DNA of 64,000 bases from a virus, in the IMG/VR virus record IMGVR_UViG_3300042691_037350, positions 58,475 to 122,474 of that record; one strand, written 5' to 3'. Both the position numbers and the translations under genes were made by a program. How positions within the stretch are numbered: position 1 is the stretch's first letter; the number at the start of each line of letters is the position of its first letter. Below, in pieces: positions 10,201-21,700 of the stretch. The notes beneath the pieces are model-generated. The model ran no database searches. It saw nothing but the letters and a program-made list of their open reading frames with translations, and was not told where the DNA came from.

Positions 10201-11514
10201 TTAACCGGCACTTTCTTATATGCTACTACAGGAGGAAATCTTTTAAGTCAAACAGTTTATCCTCATAATGTTTTATTTAGCACATCAAATTCATGGGCTA
10301 GTGGAAATACTAAATTTAGATGGGTTGATCATCAGTCCACATTAGTTTTGGGTCAAACATCTGGCATAGTTTCAACAACACTATCTACCAATCCACTAGA
10401 TACTACATATAATATAGTATTAAGTTCAGACTCTACTATTAATACATCATTTAATAATAGAGGACTAGCCAATGTCTTTTCTGTTTATAGATCAGGCGAT
10501 GCTGGTACGTCTACGAGACAAGGTTTTCATATACTGCCATCTAGTGGTCAAGTAGGTATTAACACCACCACTGGAACTATTTTAAGTAGCGATGCTTCTC
10601 TTTATGTTAATGGTAAGATTGCAGCAAATGCACTTAAACTTAATTCTAATTCCGCAACAGGGCTATATCTTAGAACAACAACAAATGGAGATATAGTGAC
10701 GGGTGGATTAGATATTTCTGTTGGTTTTAGTGGTACTTATCCTGTGAGAGCCACAACAAATACTGTTACAAATGTGGTAACTGTTGATTTAAACCCACTA
10801 AAGTCTAATAATTCTAGTTTTGAGTTAAATGAATATGGTAGAACTTTGGTTCATAATGGAACTAATTGGGTTGTTGGTTCTGGTTTACAGGTATGGCAAG
10901 ATACTAATGGTAATGGCATAAAGGGATTGTCGTTAGGTTATGGTGGTTCTTTAGGTGGTTCTGATGATGGTAATCCAAATTCATATAACGGTATAGTGTC
11001 TGCTGGTGGATCATTTAACTTGGGTAGTCCTATAAAAAGAGGTTCTTCTCAATTTAGTCAATTCTTCTTAAGAACACGCTCTTCAGATACTAATCAAACT
11101 CCATATTTTACTATGAATTGGCAGACAACGGATGTATCATCGCAATCTAGATCAACATCCAATACTATTAAATTTCCCACTAGTAAACACGGTGTTTGGA
11201 CATATACTGCATATGTTAATGTTTTATGGTCAGATAATCAGGGTAATAATAAAGGCGCAGGAGGTTATGTTTTACAGGGAACGGTAGCTAATATAGATAA
11301 TACAATAACACAAGTCGGTAGTGGCACTGTCATAAAGAATGTATCTAGTACTACTCCCGCTAATAATGTGTCCATTGAATTAAACACGTATGGTGGTTAT
11401 AATGTTATGGATTTAAGAGCATCTGGTGTTGGTGGATATGTAATGTTGTGGTCAGCCACCGTTGATATCAATCAATTACATTGGTCAACATCAGAATTGT
11501 ATACTGCTACTTAA
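7240..11514 (+). CDS. Tail fibre / receptor-binding-like protein with YadA-head-like Gly-Asn repeats
   Basis: Fibre-shaft motifs GRLGIGTGLPDAVLHV, RLGLNNSSPRSSLDVSG and GQVGINT. Many ~14-aa (I/V/L)GxxNxxxGxxxxx repeats over about 7750-9600. Follows the tape measure gene. Confidence 0.65.
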   Translation: MSHDIITDTLSIGTGIPYDTIISTESGVNTVFNQNKKNIDFEIRGTGNYASLYYDASAGRLGIGTGLPDAVLHVIAPCAKDGLILESITNCPTGVTLLLVHNPQTPPQTGSYPAIITLAGRDTNYNEIAYGQIKSRILNPVSSSTSGEILFLVDHTGVAKEVFVAGLTNLVLGANNNVSGFAYEVIGHNNKGSGNYYLNIGSNNSGSLLNNSLNIGNANIIRGPHLFSISSDSSLNGSGLFALGFDNLVSGNNSLVCGSNIVSTGINSLLIANNSNISGGYTIALIQNSTISGASGIVLGTNTSLSGNNNIGIGNNNNINGHSTNVIGSTVTSSGNRNVIFGNNVFLSGNNLIAVGSNQIASGINDGIFIGNDFDLINTRNVLYIGFNNTTESGLANSVILGANNDLDNGRISHILLLGQNNTTKDIENSVIIGNTNNASGTLKNNILIGSGNALIANNYNNIFLGALNNQTGVYINSQGEVSGNPLAINANNTNSISIGTQNLSTLSNSNVLVGNKNIVSGLNVSVLGSFNNLRNTNKIYVLGNSNYLEGENLIVLGKNIFGLGKDIIGINNTDLPMDIYGSGSVSIGNNTVVCSGIAVGHGNNINGVSGLIYGRNNALGIAKHMFTYSIATPSQININGLVGAFYKENDEVLVQVKNPGGTDNLYKFQLNSVVEDTFNTRTTLNLGGVINTAGLSNRYYVLNNSFDDNNAPNTVGSGIVIALKNYEASKFYGSNNIVLGSNNNALYSDSILIGNRNNSSGNNTIVIGHGISGVGDGSVHIGTSNANKLILDNTQIVINTGTVQQQIVVRGSNGNIVEYHDLVNSRLGLNNSSPRSSLDVSGVVTAQAFRMGLSTTSGSVLTADASGVGSWVLPVNLSGTNQGLLFRVSDKVASGIDSIRYVSASTGINFYDNIYILRNSGIIVNADKGTNILPATFTVWGSGGAFAPKLMELLPAQNVANFYRMTAESGTLTGLSVNTAINIPRSLTGTFLYATTGGNLLSQTVYPHNVLFSTSNSWASGNTKFRWVDHQSTLVLGQTSGIVSTTLSTNPLDTTYNIVLSSDSTINTSFNNRGLANVFSVYRSGDAGTSTRQGFHILPSSGQVGINTTTGTILSSDASLYVNGKIAANALKLNSNSATGLYLRTTTNGDIVTGGLDISVGFSGTYPVRATTNTVTNVVTVDLNPLKSNNSSFELNEYGRTLVHNGTNWVVGSGLQVWQDTNGNGIKGLSLGYGGSLGGSDDGNPNSYNGIVSAGGSFNLGSPIKRGSSQFSQFFLRTRSSDTNQTPYFTMNWQTTDVSSQSRSTSNTIKFPTSKHGVWTYTAYVNVLWSDNQGNNKGAGGYVLQGTVANIDNTITQVGSGTVIKNVSSTTPANNVSIELNTYGGYNVMDLRASGVGGYVMLWSATVDINQLHWSTSELYTAT

Positions 11515-11551
11515 TAAAATTAAGAGGACATGTTGATAGGAATAATAATAT

Positions 11552-13153
11552 ATGTCATATATTAAATATGGATCATTTAACTTTATCGCTGATAGCGGTT
11601 ATCCTGTACCTCAAATTTCTATATCGGTTGATCAGGATCGAGATGGTGCTGGTCGTGCCATTGGCTCAAAAACAGTAATAAGTTTAGAGGGGCTCGTATA
11701 TGCTGCTAGTGGTAGCAGAGGATTTGAAATATTAACTTCTAAAGAGAGTGGTTTAAGAGAAGCTTTTAGATACGATGGTCAGTTATTACAAATAGGTTGT
11801 ACGGGCGTGGGCGGTTTAAATTTGCCTCCGTATTTTTCTGGATATCCAAAAGTTAATAGGTATACAGCAGATAAAACAGATAACTATTGGGTAAATACGA
11901 TAGCCTATAGTATAGAACTACAAATAGAAAGTAGTGGTAATGGTAGTGGAATATTTGCTGTTTCTAGTACACAGGATGAATGGAATATAGAAACATTAGA
12001 TGATAACTCATTTGTTAATAATCCGGTCGGTGCAAATATCTTGAGACAAGCCCTGACCATCCCAGAGGGTTCGGGTTTTCCAACGTACAGAGTTAGTAGA
12101 ACACTAGGCGCGGTGGGTAAATTCATACCAACAGGCCCAGGCGGATCAGGAATAAGTCCGGTAGAAAATGCTAAAAAATGGGTAACATATCAAGCATCTA
12201 CTGGTATAAATATTAGCGGCATTATTAGTGGATTACAACTTTATAATTTTACTAGAGCTATTAGTCTTAGTGATATTGATGGTTCATATAGAATCACAGA
12301 CAACTGGATAGCCGTACCGTCTGGAGCATTAAATGGAAATTATATAGAGTCGTATACAGTAGAGAGTTCACTAGATAATTCTTATTTAAGAAGTGTTGTT
12401 TTGAACGGTACTATAAAAGGTTTAGAGCCATTTAACACTGGGGTTATTTATCAAAGCACAACTTTAGGTAGTGGTATAAGCGGCAGTTTATATGCCACCG
12501 CAGCCGGCCCAGTCAGAATAGGTAGCACTAGTAAATTTGATAAAGCAATATCTGGATATAGTGGCATTAAAAATAGACTCTATGATAGAGCACAATCGTT
12601 TTTGGCAAAATCTAATGATCCTAGCGGCATCTTTAGAAGATTTTTTGGAAAAGACGAAGCCGGACTCAACCCACTGCCACTTTCTATCACAGAAGGCTTT
12701 AATCCCACAGAAGGTACCGTAACATATAGCTGGACCTATAATAATAGACCATTAAATCTGGTTAGCGGTTCTATTAGTGAAGTATTAAGTGTAAACGATA
12801 ATTTCCCCACACAACAAGTTGCAGAAATTTTTGTTTTGGGTAGAAGATTGGGTCCGATTTTACAAGATCTTGGAACTTATACCACTGCTAGTAGAGACGT
12901 TACTTTTGAAGTCATAATGTTAAGACCTACTGGTTTAAGCGGACTAAACTTTCCCAAAACAGCCTATACAGCTATTACTGGTATAGTAGAAACATTTAAT
13001 CCTGCTTATTTATTTGGTGCTGGTAACCAATGTAAATCGTTTGTTAAAACTAATACAGAAAATTGGAATGTGTCCGAAGGTAGATTTGTTAAAACTAAAG
13101 GTTGGTCATGGACAAAATGCGACGATGTTCCTGGTGCAAATCCGAATTTATGA
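11552..13153 (+). CDS. Putative tail structural protein (distal-tail / tail-tip like)
   Basis: 533-aa beta-rich ORF in the tail block. Called from position and composition only. Confidence 0.4.
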   Translation: MSYIKYGSFNFIADSGYPVPQISISVDQDRDGAGRAIGSKTVISLEGLVYAASGSRGFEILTSKESGLREAFRYDGQLLQIGCTGVGGLNLPPYFSGYPKVNRYTADKTDNYWVNTIAYSIELQIESSGNGSGIFAVSSTQDEWNIETLDDNSFVNNPVGANILRQALTIPEGSGFPTYRVSRTLGAVGKFIPTGPGGSGISPVENAKKWVTYQASTGINISGIISGLQLYNFTRAISLSDIDGSYRITDNWIAVPSGALNGNYIESYTVESSLDNSYLRSVVLNGTIKGLEPFNTGVIYQSTTLGSGISGSLYATAAGPVRIGSTSKFDKAISGYSGIKNRLYDRAQSFLAKSNDPSGIFRRFFGKDEAGLNPLPLSITEGFNPTEGTVTYSWTYNNRPLNLVSGSISEVLSVNDNFPTQQVAEIFVLGRRLGPILQDLGTYTTASRDVTFEVIMLRPTGLSGLNFPKTAYTAITGIVETFNPAYLFGAGNQCKSFVKTNTENWNVSEGRFVKTKGWSWTKCDDVPGANPNL

Positions 13154-13167
13154 TATCAGGAGAGTAA

Positions 13168-16100
13168 ATGGCATATTGTAATTTACCAGAAAAAATAGTA
13201 GGACCATATAATCAAGTATTATTTTTAGGGTGCAGTGTTTCCAATTTTAACTGCAATCTAGGTTGGGGCGCAGAACAAAGCACATTAAGTGTTAGCCTTG
13301 TAGAAGATAAGTGTTATCATCCACAATCAAATGAATATGGTCAAGTAGATGCCAAGATAGATACGCTAGTACAACAAGACGATAATATTAAAGGAGGCAA
13401 CGCATTCTATAAAAAATCTGATGGGTCTTACGAAACCAATGATCCAACAAAAGCTTTACATAAAAATATGGCTTTTGAAATGAAAAGTTTAGAAGACGCT
13501 AGAGATACAGAAAATATTAATCTGTCTGCTGATTTTAAAGATTATGGTAAAATATGTTATGATATTAATGGTAATAGAGTATATTGGACAGATCCTGATC
13601 CGATGTTCGTTGGATTGTCTGGGAAATTTCATAATAGCGGTTTAGATATTTTGGGAACCCCTGTAAGATTCAAATTTAATAATTTTTCTTTTGGTGGTCT
13701 TGTTTCATCGTGGAAACAAAACGGATCTCAGGGCGGTAGCAGATCTTTTGAGGTAGAAATTAAAAGTTTCGCCAGTCTACTTAACGGTTGTCAATTAATA
13801 GTGAGCAAATATGCTGGTACGGTTTGTGGAATAGTTCCTAATACCAATATTCCACAGAATCCAATTAATAAAGATGTGGCTATGCCAATGCCATATTCTA
13901 TTGACAACTCAACAACGCCACCCACATTTTCATTCTTTAATCAGAATGCGTCGATAGAACAAGGTAATATACCAAATGTTTTTAATATATATGGTTATCT
14001 AGAATATTTAGGTTATAAAAATAAAATATATGGTAACGCTGGCGTAACGGATGAAGGCATTAGGGCGCAATATATTTATGATTCTTTAGTAACACTTTTG
14101 GGCCCAACCAATGAAAATCATCCTGATAACAAATCACCATTCTCTCCTTATGGTGCAATAATATCCAGATCGGTAAGGGTTAATGGAACAGCACAGGAGC
14201 AGAATCCTCTTCAAGTTAAAATTTTCTCAACCAGTATTGGTGGATCAAGAGAGCTTAATTTAACTCATATGGGTATTTGTCCTAATGGTGTTGCCATAGA
14301 TAACTATCGTAGATGTCGTATAAAACTAGACTTATCAGAAGTACCCAGGCCACCTAAATGGTTAAGAATGCAGGGACCAGTGATAAGTTTAACACAATTT
14401 ATAACAGAAGTCTGTGATGGTGCTGGGTTTGATTTTTTTATCGACTTTGTTTATCCTAATGAAGAACAGGTTGCTCAAAATATTTCTGGTATTATTAAAA
14501 TCAGAACTGTATCTAGACGTAAACAACCAAAAAAAGATCAAATCGATCAACTTATATCTTATTTAACCAATAATGGGGGTGTTACATCATATACTAAAGG
14601 TAAAGAATTTACAGACGTAAACACAAGAACAATGTATGTGGGAGGCAAACAAAAAAGACTTTTACAATTAAAATGTACACGATTAGCCTTTAAACAAAAT
14701 ACATTAGTTTATGACCCTTGGGCTAATAATGGTAATGGAGCAATGATTGATTATGACCAAACAACGTCTTTGTCATCAACACCTAATCAATTAAGGATGC
14801 CAAACACTTCTTCTACCAGAATATATTCTTTTAAGTACATGGGTGGAGCTGCTGTTGCTAGCCAATCATCAACATTTGATACTCCGGTCTATTTTACTAC
14901 CCCAGCCGACTCTAGATCACTTAATCAAGGAAACTATTTTCCGGCAGTAAATTTAGCTGAAGCACAAGGATTTATAGGAAGTATCGGATCAATAGGTAAA
15001 AATGTAGAATTATTTAAAGATACTATCTGTCCATATTTTGGTGTTGGTGCCAATGGATTGATACGTCCTGTATATTTTGATAAGTATATGGGACAAATGC
15101 AAATTATTTTCCAAACAGCAGACATACAAAATTTAACATCCCTTCCACTTTCTAATTTTAATCCTTATCCCGCAGCGGGTATTGCCACAGCAACAACATC
15201 TAGTAGTCCTATATTTTTGGTTTTAGAGCATGAATTGAGAGCGGCTGGTGGAGGATTTAAATCTTGGCTAGATTATTGTTTTGGTAGTTTGTTTACTACT
15301 GATATTGCCGAAATTTTGTATAAAGGATTTCGTGATAAATATGGTTTTGGTTTTATACCAGAAGGTTCTACTGCCATGTTTGCTGATTTGAAAAAAGAAT
15401 TTTTAACTGGTATAAGTTTGATACATGCTAAAGCTTCTCAAAAAACTATCATTAGGAACGGCAGACCAATGCAGGTCAACATATCCGATTTGGCGCCTCA
15501 CTTCCAAGTTCTTTATAATGATTTAGAAAATATACATAAGTTTTTTGAAAGCATAGCTAGTGAATATTACGGTAAACAATTTATGGTAAGAATACCAGAA
15601 ATAGCGTGGTATAGAGATTTATCTTATGTTTATGATGATAATGATCAAAAAATAATTTTGGGTTATGATGAAGACAACAACCCAATCTATGCTATAGAAG
15701 GTGCTGGAAAAGTATATACAAATTATTCCATATCAACAGATGGCGCCTGGGAAGAACCAGGTAACTATATAGATGATACTATGGTTGTGGGCAGTACGAG
15801 AGTATCTGCTATGTCTGACGAGTCCGGAAAAATTCCATGTATTCTAGGATTTAATTCGTCTTTAGAAAAAGATTATTCAAGACAGTGGAATAGACAACAA
15901 TTTCTAGCGTCTTTAGCAACTAGAAGATTCTCTGATATATCTCATCATTGTGTCACAGACTGGGAGCTAGTGCTACAAAAAATGTTAAGCGATCCAGATT
16001 TACAGGACGCAAATCATTATTTTATGTCATTAAAACACACTTTATCACCAGACGAATACGCGTTACTACCCTATATTGCACCAACGGTTACTATTAATAA

Positions 16101-17118
16101 CGCACATGGTATTAACCTGTTAGATATTCATAAATATAAATTATATGCAAAAGCTACACCTAGTTCTGATATTCAGTTTTTATCGCCAGATTATGCAGAC
16201 CCGAGAGCCGTAGTTTCTTTATCATCACCAGTTTTTATAGGTCAAGATAAACATGGCGTTGATTATAATGTCAATTCTATGTCTGTCCAAGACAGCTTAT
16301 TAAGAATTGTAAATGGTGCTAGTTTACCTTCTATTATGTCTAGTTTAGGTGTTAGTGCGATTAGTGTATTTACGGGGTCTACAACCATATTGGGTGGATT
16401 AGGACCAAATCCAATAGCAACATCTCTAATGGCTTCCAGTTTTACCGCCGCTGTTCGTAATCTACAACTTCAGCATGGCTTTGCTTGGGGTGAAAGGGCT
16501 AGAAGTCATGACGGGGTAGACTCTTTAGCATCTGATAGAATATTACCTAAAGCTGCTATTCCTATGTTTTGTGCTTTGCCTATTGAATTTAATGATTTTG
16601 TTTATGGTCCATGGATTAATCATCCTGGTTTAATTGCGTCCACTATTTTTCCCGATTCAACAGACCCCAATATTCATAGATTAGAAGTAGAAAATTTGGT
16701 TGGTGGAGTAAAAGTTAATGTTGATGAAAGTTTAGTGCCATGGAATTATGGTGGTATGACACCATTAGATGAGGCGGTTATGCTAAAAATCGCTGATGAG
16801 GTTAATTATCAACAAACTTTAGAAATGGGCACAGTACAAATTCCAGGATTTGACAATTTTAGTTTAGGAGATATGATAAAATATTATGGTACTTTATTTG
16901 ATGGTCCAATTATAAATAGTATTCAGGTACAAATAGGCGAGGGGGGAATTACTACTACCTACAACTTTAGAACATATGTGCGTAAATTAGGATTGTTTAA
17001 TAAAGAAAGCTCTGAAAGAATTAAGTCTATTAATCAAGAAGCAATTAAACGAAATAAAGAAATTAATACTCAATTAATGCAATTATCGTCTAAAATAAGA
17101 ACTTTTAGGATTTTATAA
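13168..17118 (+). CDS. Putative tail-tip / baseplate hub protein
   Basis: 1316 aa with AGGAG Shine-Dalgarno just upstream. N-terminal beta-strand pattern (LGCSVSNFNCNLGWG...STLSVSLVED). C-terminal INSIQVQIGEGGITTTYNF resembles hub-protein C-termini. Tail-operon position. Confidence 0.5.
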   Translation: MAYCNLPEKIVGPYNQVLFLGCSVSNFNCNLGWGAEQSTLSVSLVEDKCYHPQSNEYGQVDAKIDTLVQQDDNIKGGNAFYKKSDGSYETNDPTKALHKNMAFEMKSLEDARDTENINLSADFKDYGKICYDINGNRVYWTDPDPMFVGLSGKFHNSGLDILGTPVRFKFNNFSFGGLVSSWKQNGSQGGSRSFEVEIKSFASLLNGCQLIVSKYAGTVCGIVPNTNIPQNPINKDVAMPMPYSIDNSTTPPTFSFFNQNASIEQGNIPNVFNIYGYLEYLGYKNKIYGNAGVTDEGIRAQYIYDSLVTLLGPTNENHPDNKSPFSPYGAIISRSVRVNGTAQEQNPLQVKIFSTSIGGSRELNLTHMGICPNGVAIDNYRRCRIKLDLSEVPRPPKWLRMQGPVISLTQFITEVCDGAGFDFFIDFVYPNEEQVAQNISGIIKIRTVSRRKQPKKDQIDQLISYLTNNGGVTSYTKGKEFTDVNTRTMYVGGKQKRLLQLKCTRLAFKQNTLVYDPWANNGNGAMIDYDQTTSLSSTPNQLRMPNTSSTRIYSFKYMGGAAVASQSSTFDTPVYFTTPADSRSLNQGNYFPAVNLAEAQGFIGSIGSIGKNVELFKDTICPYFGVGANGLIRPVYFDKYMGQMQIIFQTADIQNLTSLPLSNFNPYPAAGIATATTSSSPIFLVLEHELRAAGGGFKSWLDYCFGSLFTTDIAEILYKGFRDKYGFGFIPEGSTAMFADLKKEFLTGISLIHAKASQKTIIRNGRPMQVNISDLAPHFQVLYNDLENIHKFFESIASEYYGKQFMVRIPEIAWYRDLSYVYDDNDQKIILGYDEDNNPIYAIEGAGKVYTNYSISTDGAWEEPGNYIDDTMVVGSTRVSAMSDESGKIPCILGFNSSLEKDYSRQWNRQQFLASLATRRFSDISHHCVTDWELVLQKMLSDPDLQDANHYFMSLKHTLSPDEYALLPYIAPTVTINNAHGINLLDIHKYKLYAKATPSSDIQFLSPDYADPRAVVSLSSPVFIGQDKHGVDYNVNSMSVQDSLLRIVNGASLPSIMSSLGVSAISVFTGSTTILGGLGPNPIATSLMASSFTAAVRNLQLQHGFAWGERARSHDGVDSLASDRILPKAAIPMFCALPIEFNDFVYGPWINHPGLIASTIFPDSTDPNIHRLEVENLVGGVKVNVDESLVPWNYGGMTPLDEAVMLKIADEVNYQQTLEMGTVQIPGFDNFSLGDMIKYYGTLFDGPIINSIQVQIGEGGITTTYNFRTYVRKLGLFNKESSERIKSINQEAIKRNKEINTQLMQLSSKIRTFRIL

Positions 17119-18749
17119 TGTACACCACCTTACCCAATGTATTAGTAGGGATGAATTTTTTTGCTGTTCATAGAAGCGGAGAAATATCCAAACAACGACA
17201 GTTAGAATTTTCTCCAGAATGGTTAGAGAGACCATATAATCCGACTAATGATTTAGCATATACTCCGAAAGATTACCCACGAGTACAAACAAATATCAAT
17301 TTAGAGTCTAATGAACAAGTCTCCTCAGAATTAATATCAGAATATTCTGCTAAATCTATGATGAGTTTAGACGGTTTATTCTCCCCCATATCATTTTATC
17401 CAACGCCATACAGCGCTACATTTAATATTACAAAATATCCCACCCCAAGTTGTCCATTTTGTTTTGGCACTAAATCTTATACTTATAAAGTTGAAAATGA
17501 TGATATGCGCCTTAATATGCGTGGTGTTAAAGAAATATCGGATCAAGAAATAGACAAAACTAGAAGATGTCCATTTTGTGAAGCTATTAGCACCAAATTA
17601 GATAAATTACATTTGGGTGTTTCTCCTAGAGAAACCATGCCTCCATTTATTATCGCTAGTGGAGATGATTTAACTATTATATCTAAACTACCCTCTACAG
17701 GATCAAGTGGTATTCCCATTATCAATTATGCAACACTAACTCCAGTTGTTCTTTCTGGTGGAGAATTCAGTAATTTTCAAAATAAACAAAGTGGAGATTT
17801 AACAGGTCATTGTATAGACCTGGTAGCTTTTGGTTTGACAGTTCCGAAAGATACAGACGGGTTGAGAGCGACTTTTTCTTCTAATATAAATAGATCATAT
17901 GCCGACTACGATTTAAATTTAGTTTCTTGGAGACAAGATATTATAGACAAAGGTGTTCCAGTACCTGAAATACCACCCATATCAAACAATATGAGATTTT
18001 TTGGATTACGTGGACCAATTATGGTACATGGCTGGGGGTATGATACCGAGGGATTCCCCGTGCCTAATTCTTCTGGCGAGCCATTAATTCAAAATGGACA
18101 ACCTGTTAGGGATGGAGACGGTAATATATTAGGCAAAAATCAAAAATGGATAAACACAGCTAATAGTGGATATTGGTCCAAGCCATACAAAGAGAATACC
18201 TTTTATAAGGGCTGGGCGCAACAACCCGGCTCTTGGCCCGTTGGACCAATCGATTTAAGATGGGACGATGTAGGAGGAGTTTGGACCGTTGGGGCTAGCT
18301 ACAAGCCTGTTTATGTGGTCATAGAAGAGGATTTATTGGGTACTAGACCAACTAGAGGCGCATTGATAGATAGTACTTATGATAATAGTCCTTTGCCAGA
18401 TGAATTAAGAAGACTAGTTTTTGTTAAAGATTCTTTGGGTATGTATCCAGCACCTCGCGGAGCAGCTCTTTATTGTAAGTACAATTCTAATAATGGTTTT
18501 TATGAGCCAATAGGACATAGGCCATTTGTAACATCTGGAACCATTTTATCTGCAAATACAGTAGAAATATACAAAATTTATACAAAGCCGAACAATCCTG
18601 ATATTAGATTATCTGATGATCCCGAACTAGAGAAATATGAAACCTTATATAAGAATCCTTTGGAGTATAATATTACTATAGGCGATACGGGACTATTTAC
18701 ATTCTTAGATGGATATTGGACTCTATATTCTTATAATCCAGATCGATAA
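17118..18749 (+). CDS. Putative tail protein with a paired CPFC zinc-finger insert
   Basis: TAATG-coupled to the upstream gene. Two CPFC motifs (about 17451 and 17568). Trp/Gly-rich GWGYD...WPVGPIDLRWD segment. Confidence 0.4.
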   Translation: MYTTLPNVLVGMNFFAVHRSGEISKQRQLEFSPEWLERPYNPTNDLAYTPKDYPRVQTNINLESNEQVSSELISEYSAKSMMSLDGLFSPISFYPTPYSATFNITKYPTPSCPFCFGTKSYTYKVENDDMRLNMRGVKEISDQEIDKTRRCPFCEAISTKLDKLHLGVSPRETMPPFIIASGDDLTIISKLPSTGSSGIPIINYATLTPVVLSGGEFSNFQNKQSGDLTGHCIDLVAFGLTVPKDTDGLRATFSSNINRSYADYDLNLVSWRQDIIDKGVPVPEIPPISNNMRFFGLRGPIMVHGWGYDTEGFPVPNSSGEPLIQNGQPVRDGDGNILGKNQKWINTANSGYWSKPYKENTFYKGWAQQPGSWPVGPIDLRWDDVGGVWTVGASYKPVYVVIEEDLLGTRPTRGALIDSTYDNSPLPDELRRLVFVKDSLGMYPAPRGAALYCKYNSNNGFYEPIGHRPFVTSGTILSANTVEIYKIYTKPNNPDIRLSDDPELEKYETLYKNPLEYNITIGDTGLFTFLDGYWTLYSYNPDR

Positions 18750-18751
18750 TT

Positions 18752-21700
18752 ATGAATAATAATTGTTCTATTTTTAAAAAAAGTTTATTTAAAGATGCTG
18801 ATATATCTAGCTTTAATTTAGAACTAGACTGGCTCAAGGGATTGATACCAGAATATAATCCTTCATATAGTGGCATATGGCTACCGATAGTTATTAAACC
18901 GGACCAATCTTCAGTATCGTTTGTGGATATTCTGTCTAGATCAGAATTAGAACAATCTCTTTTTGATCCCTGTAACTGTATCGCAGTCACCGGCGATTCT
19001 GGAGACGAAGAAGATCCAGAAAATGTTTCTTTAGACTGTTCTTATTGTTATAAGAATGGTATTAATTATACATTTTCTTGGCAATTAACTGATCAAAATT
19101 CTAATATAAGTAGTCCTCCTATATCTAGTAATTGTTGTAACGGTGCTTGTGACGCGAGAATGCTTAAAGATGATTATTTAGCTAAATTGCCAGTCTTAAA
19201 TGCGTCATATATAACTAAGTTTTATGACTGGAAAAATCAATTACAATTTCCAGCGTGTTCAAATAAAGGTTTGGGTTATGAGCATTTTGCTTTTACTAAA
19301 AAACTCGATTCATTTACTAATGATGTTCCTAAATTAATGATTGACTGGAAAATTAAAGAAAGAATATCAGAAATACCTCCTAATGATATTGATAGTTATC
19401 ATCAAGACATAGACACTCATGAAAAATCTTATACTAGGTCGTTGCTAAATAGTAAAACTTGTGGTAATTTTTTATTAACTAAATTACACCCATCATATGA
19501 TAAAAACCCTATATATCCAGCCTTAAGTGGACTAATAGGAGATATTGCTATGACGGGTAATTTTTCTAAATTATTACCATCGGTATCTAATTTTAGTAAA
19601 CCCTATGGTTTTAAAAACCAAGACCATTACAATATTTTTGCAAAAACCGAGAAACTGGGCTCTTATTGGAAATGGAATTATAGTTCTGGTATTTTATGTT
19701 GGTATAGATATTTTGATATAGATCTTGATCCTAATGAAGACGATAGACTAATTAAGGGTGTAGACTTATATATTTCTGATGGCGATGTATTTTATGCTAC
19801 AAATGACGGCCCAGAACCATTGCCAGTGGATCAAAATCAAACACCTCCAGATATTAAACTATGTCCCTCTGGTTTAAAATTAGTAAAAGACAATGCTGTT
19901 ACAGGCATTATTCCAAGTGGGTCTGAATTTATTTATATTTCTGAAAACCTATATAGTAAAGCTTATAGTATTATTGGAAGATTAGATGATTTAGAGGCAG
20001 CCCTAGATATACCGAATGCTGATAAAATATCTCCAATTAATAAGCTTCAATTATCTTGCTTATTAGCCACCGGACCCAACTATTCAGAAGTTACTGTAGA
20101 TCTATTGAAAACAGTACCTAATATTGATGATCTTACTAAAGATTATTCTAGAGATTTATATAAACAAATTAAAATTTTTAATAGCGGAATGCTATTAAAG
20201 CAACAACACTCAGCAAATAAGTTAAATATAGTAAAAACTAAAACAGACTTAATGAATACCTTGGCTAATAAATATGGATGTTATTTATGGTGTCCACCAC
20301 ATTCTACTATATCTTTAGACTTTAAGAAAGATTATGATCCACATTGTTATATAGATTTAGATTTTGAACCCGTTATTAAATATACCGATACTTTTTTTGG
20401 TCGCCAATGCACACCGCCTATTGATTGCTTAGATACAACCACAGAACGTAATTTTAGTTATGATCAAAAAGTTGTTGTTGGTGATTTAACCTTTAATACA
20501 AGCGTTGACAAACGATATAAAAGTCAAAACTGTGTTAGTGGCGACTTTACTATAGATAAAGCTGTTAATATTATTAGCGCCTATTTTAACGATCAACTGA
20601 TTAAAGAACAAATATATGGTAGTGGTTGTAGTGTATTTTATCAAAAATATTTAAGACCCGTATCTTATGAATTAGCTTTAGATACTTTTGGAGAATCAAT
20701 ATGTTCAGTACATCGTCTTTGTGATAAATTGTTAGCTTTTAAATATAACAATGATAATAATTGGTTTGGAACTACTAATGAGTTAAAAGAAGGAAAATTC
20801 CTAGATGGATCGCTCATATTGGATCGTAGATATCCAGCTAATGCTAGCAATATTAATGTTGATAGAATAGGATTTCATAGAGACGGAGGCTTATACTATG
20901 ATAGCAATAATTTAGGCTCAGGTAATGTAATCTTTATTAAAGATGCCGAGAACAGCACCCGTGGATCATTTTCTATATCTTTTAGTACCAAAGATGTTGG
21001 TATTAAATTATACAATATAGAAATATATCATCTAAGAGATGCAACGTTTACTAATTGTAAAACATTTCCCTTAGATCATGCATGTAAGTGTTTTCCATTA
21101 AGTTCTGTAACGGGATATAGATATAATTGTGACGGATCTTTAACTTTTAGTAACGAAAATGCTGTTTTATATACTCCCAATTTATCTACACAATCAAGTC
21201 CTATTTTAACAAGTTATGGTGGTTATTCAACGCTGGAACTGACTAAAATTATAGGAGAACAACTATTACCGAATCATCCAGATCCAGGCGAGTTGTTGTC
21301 TACAGTGAATAGAATTATTGATCCTCTTAATCCCTATGGTTGCACTAAAGAAATTGCAGCATCTTTTCCTAGTTATGTTTATACAAATTGGCATATTGGA
21401 TTGCCTAATTATAGTACCGATCATACTGATGTATGGATGAAAGTTATTGAAAATGTAAGTTTATTTAATCCTACTATTCCAAAATATGATTATGAAACTG
21501 GTGAATTTGAAATTATTAATAACCCATCTTATCGCAGATATACAACTAAAGCAGTAGTTAATGGCACAACAATATACAACTCTCAACAAAAAATATTATT
21601 TGATAAAGATACCAGTATTCCGGGTTCTTTTCAATTGGAGTTGACTAACCCCTTTTTATTTTCATTATTAAGTCAACTATCTGAAGATATGGAAAGGAAT

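Noticed and set aside
17095-17125. Programmed frameshift joining the 1316-aa and 543-aa tail ORFs
   Set aside because: No canonical slippery heptamer near the junction. The TAATG overlap is ordinary translational coupling.
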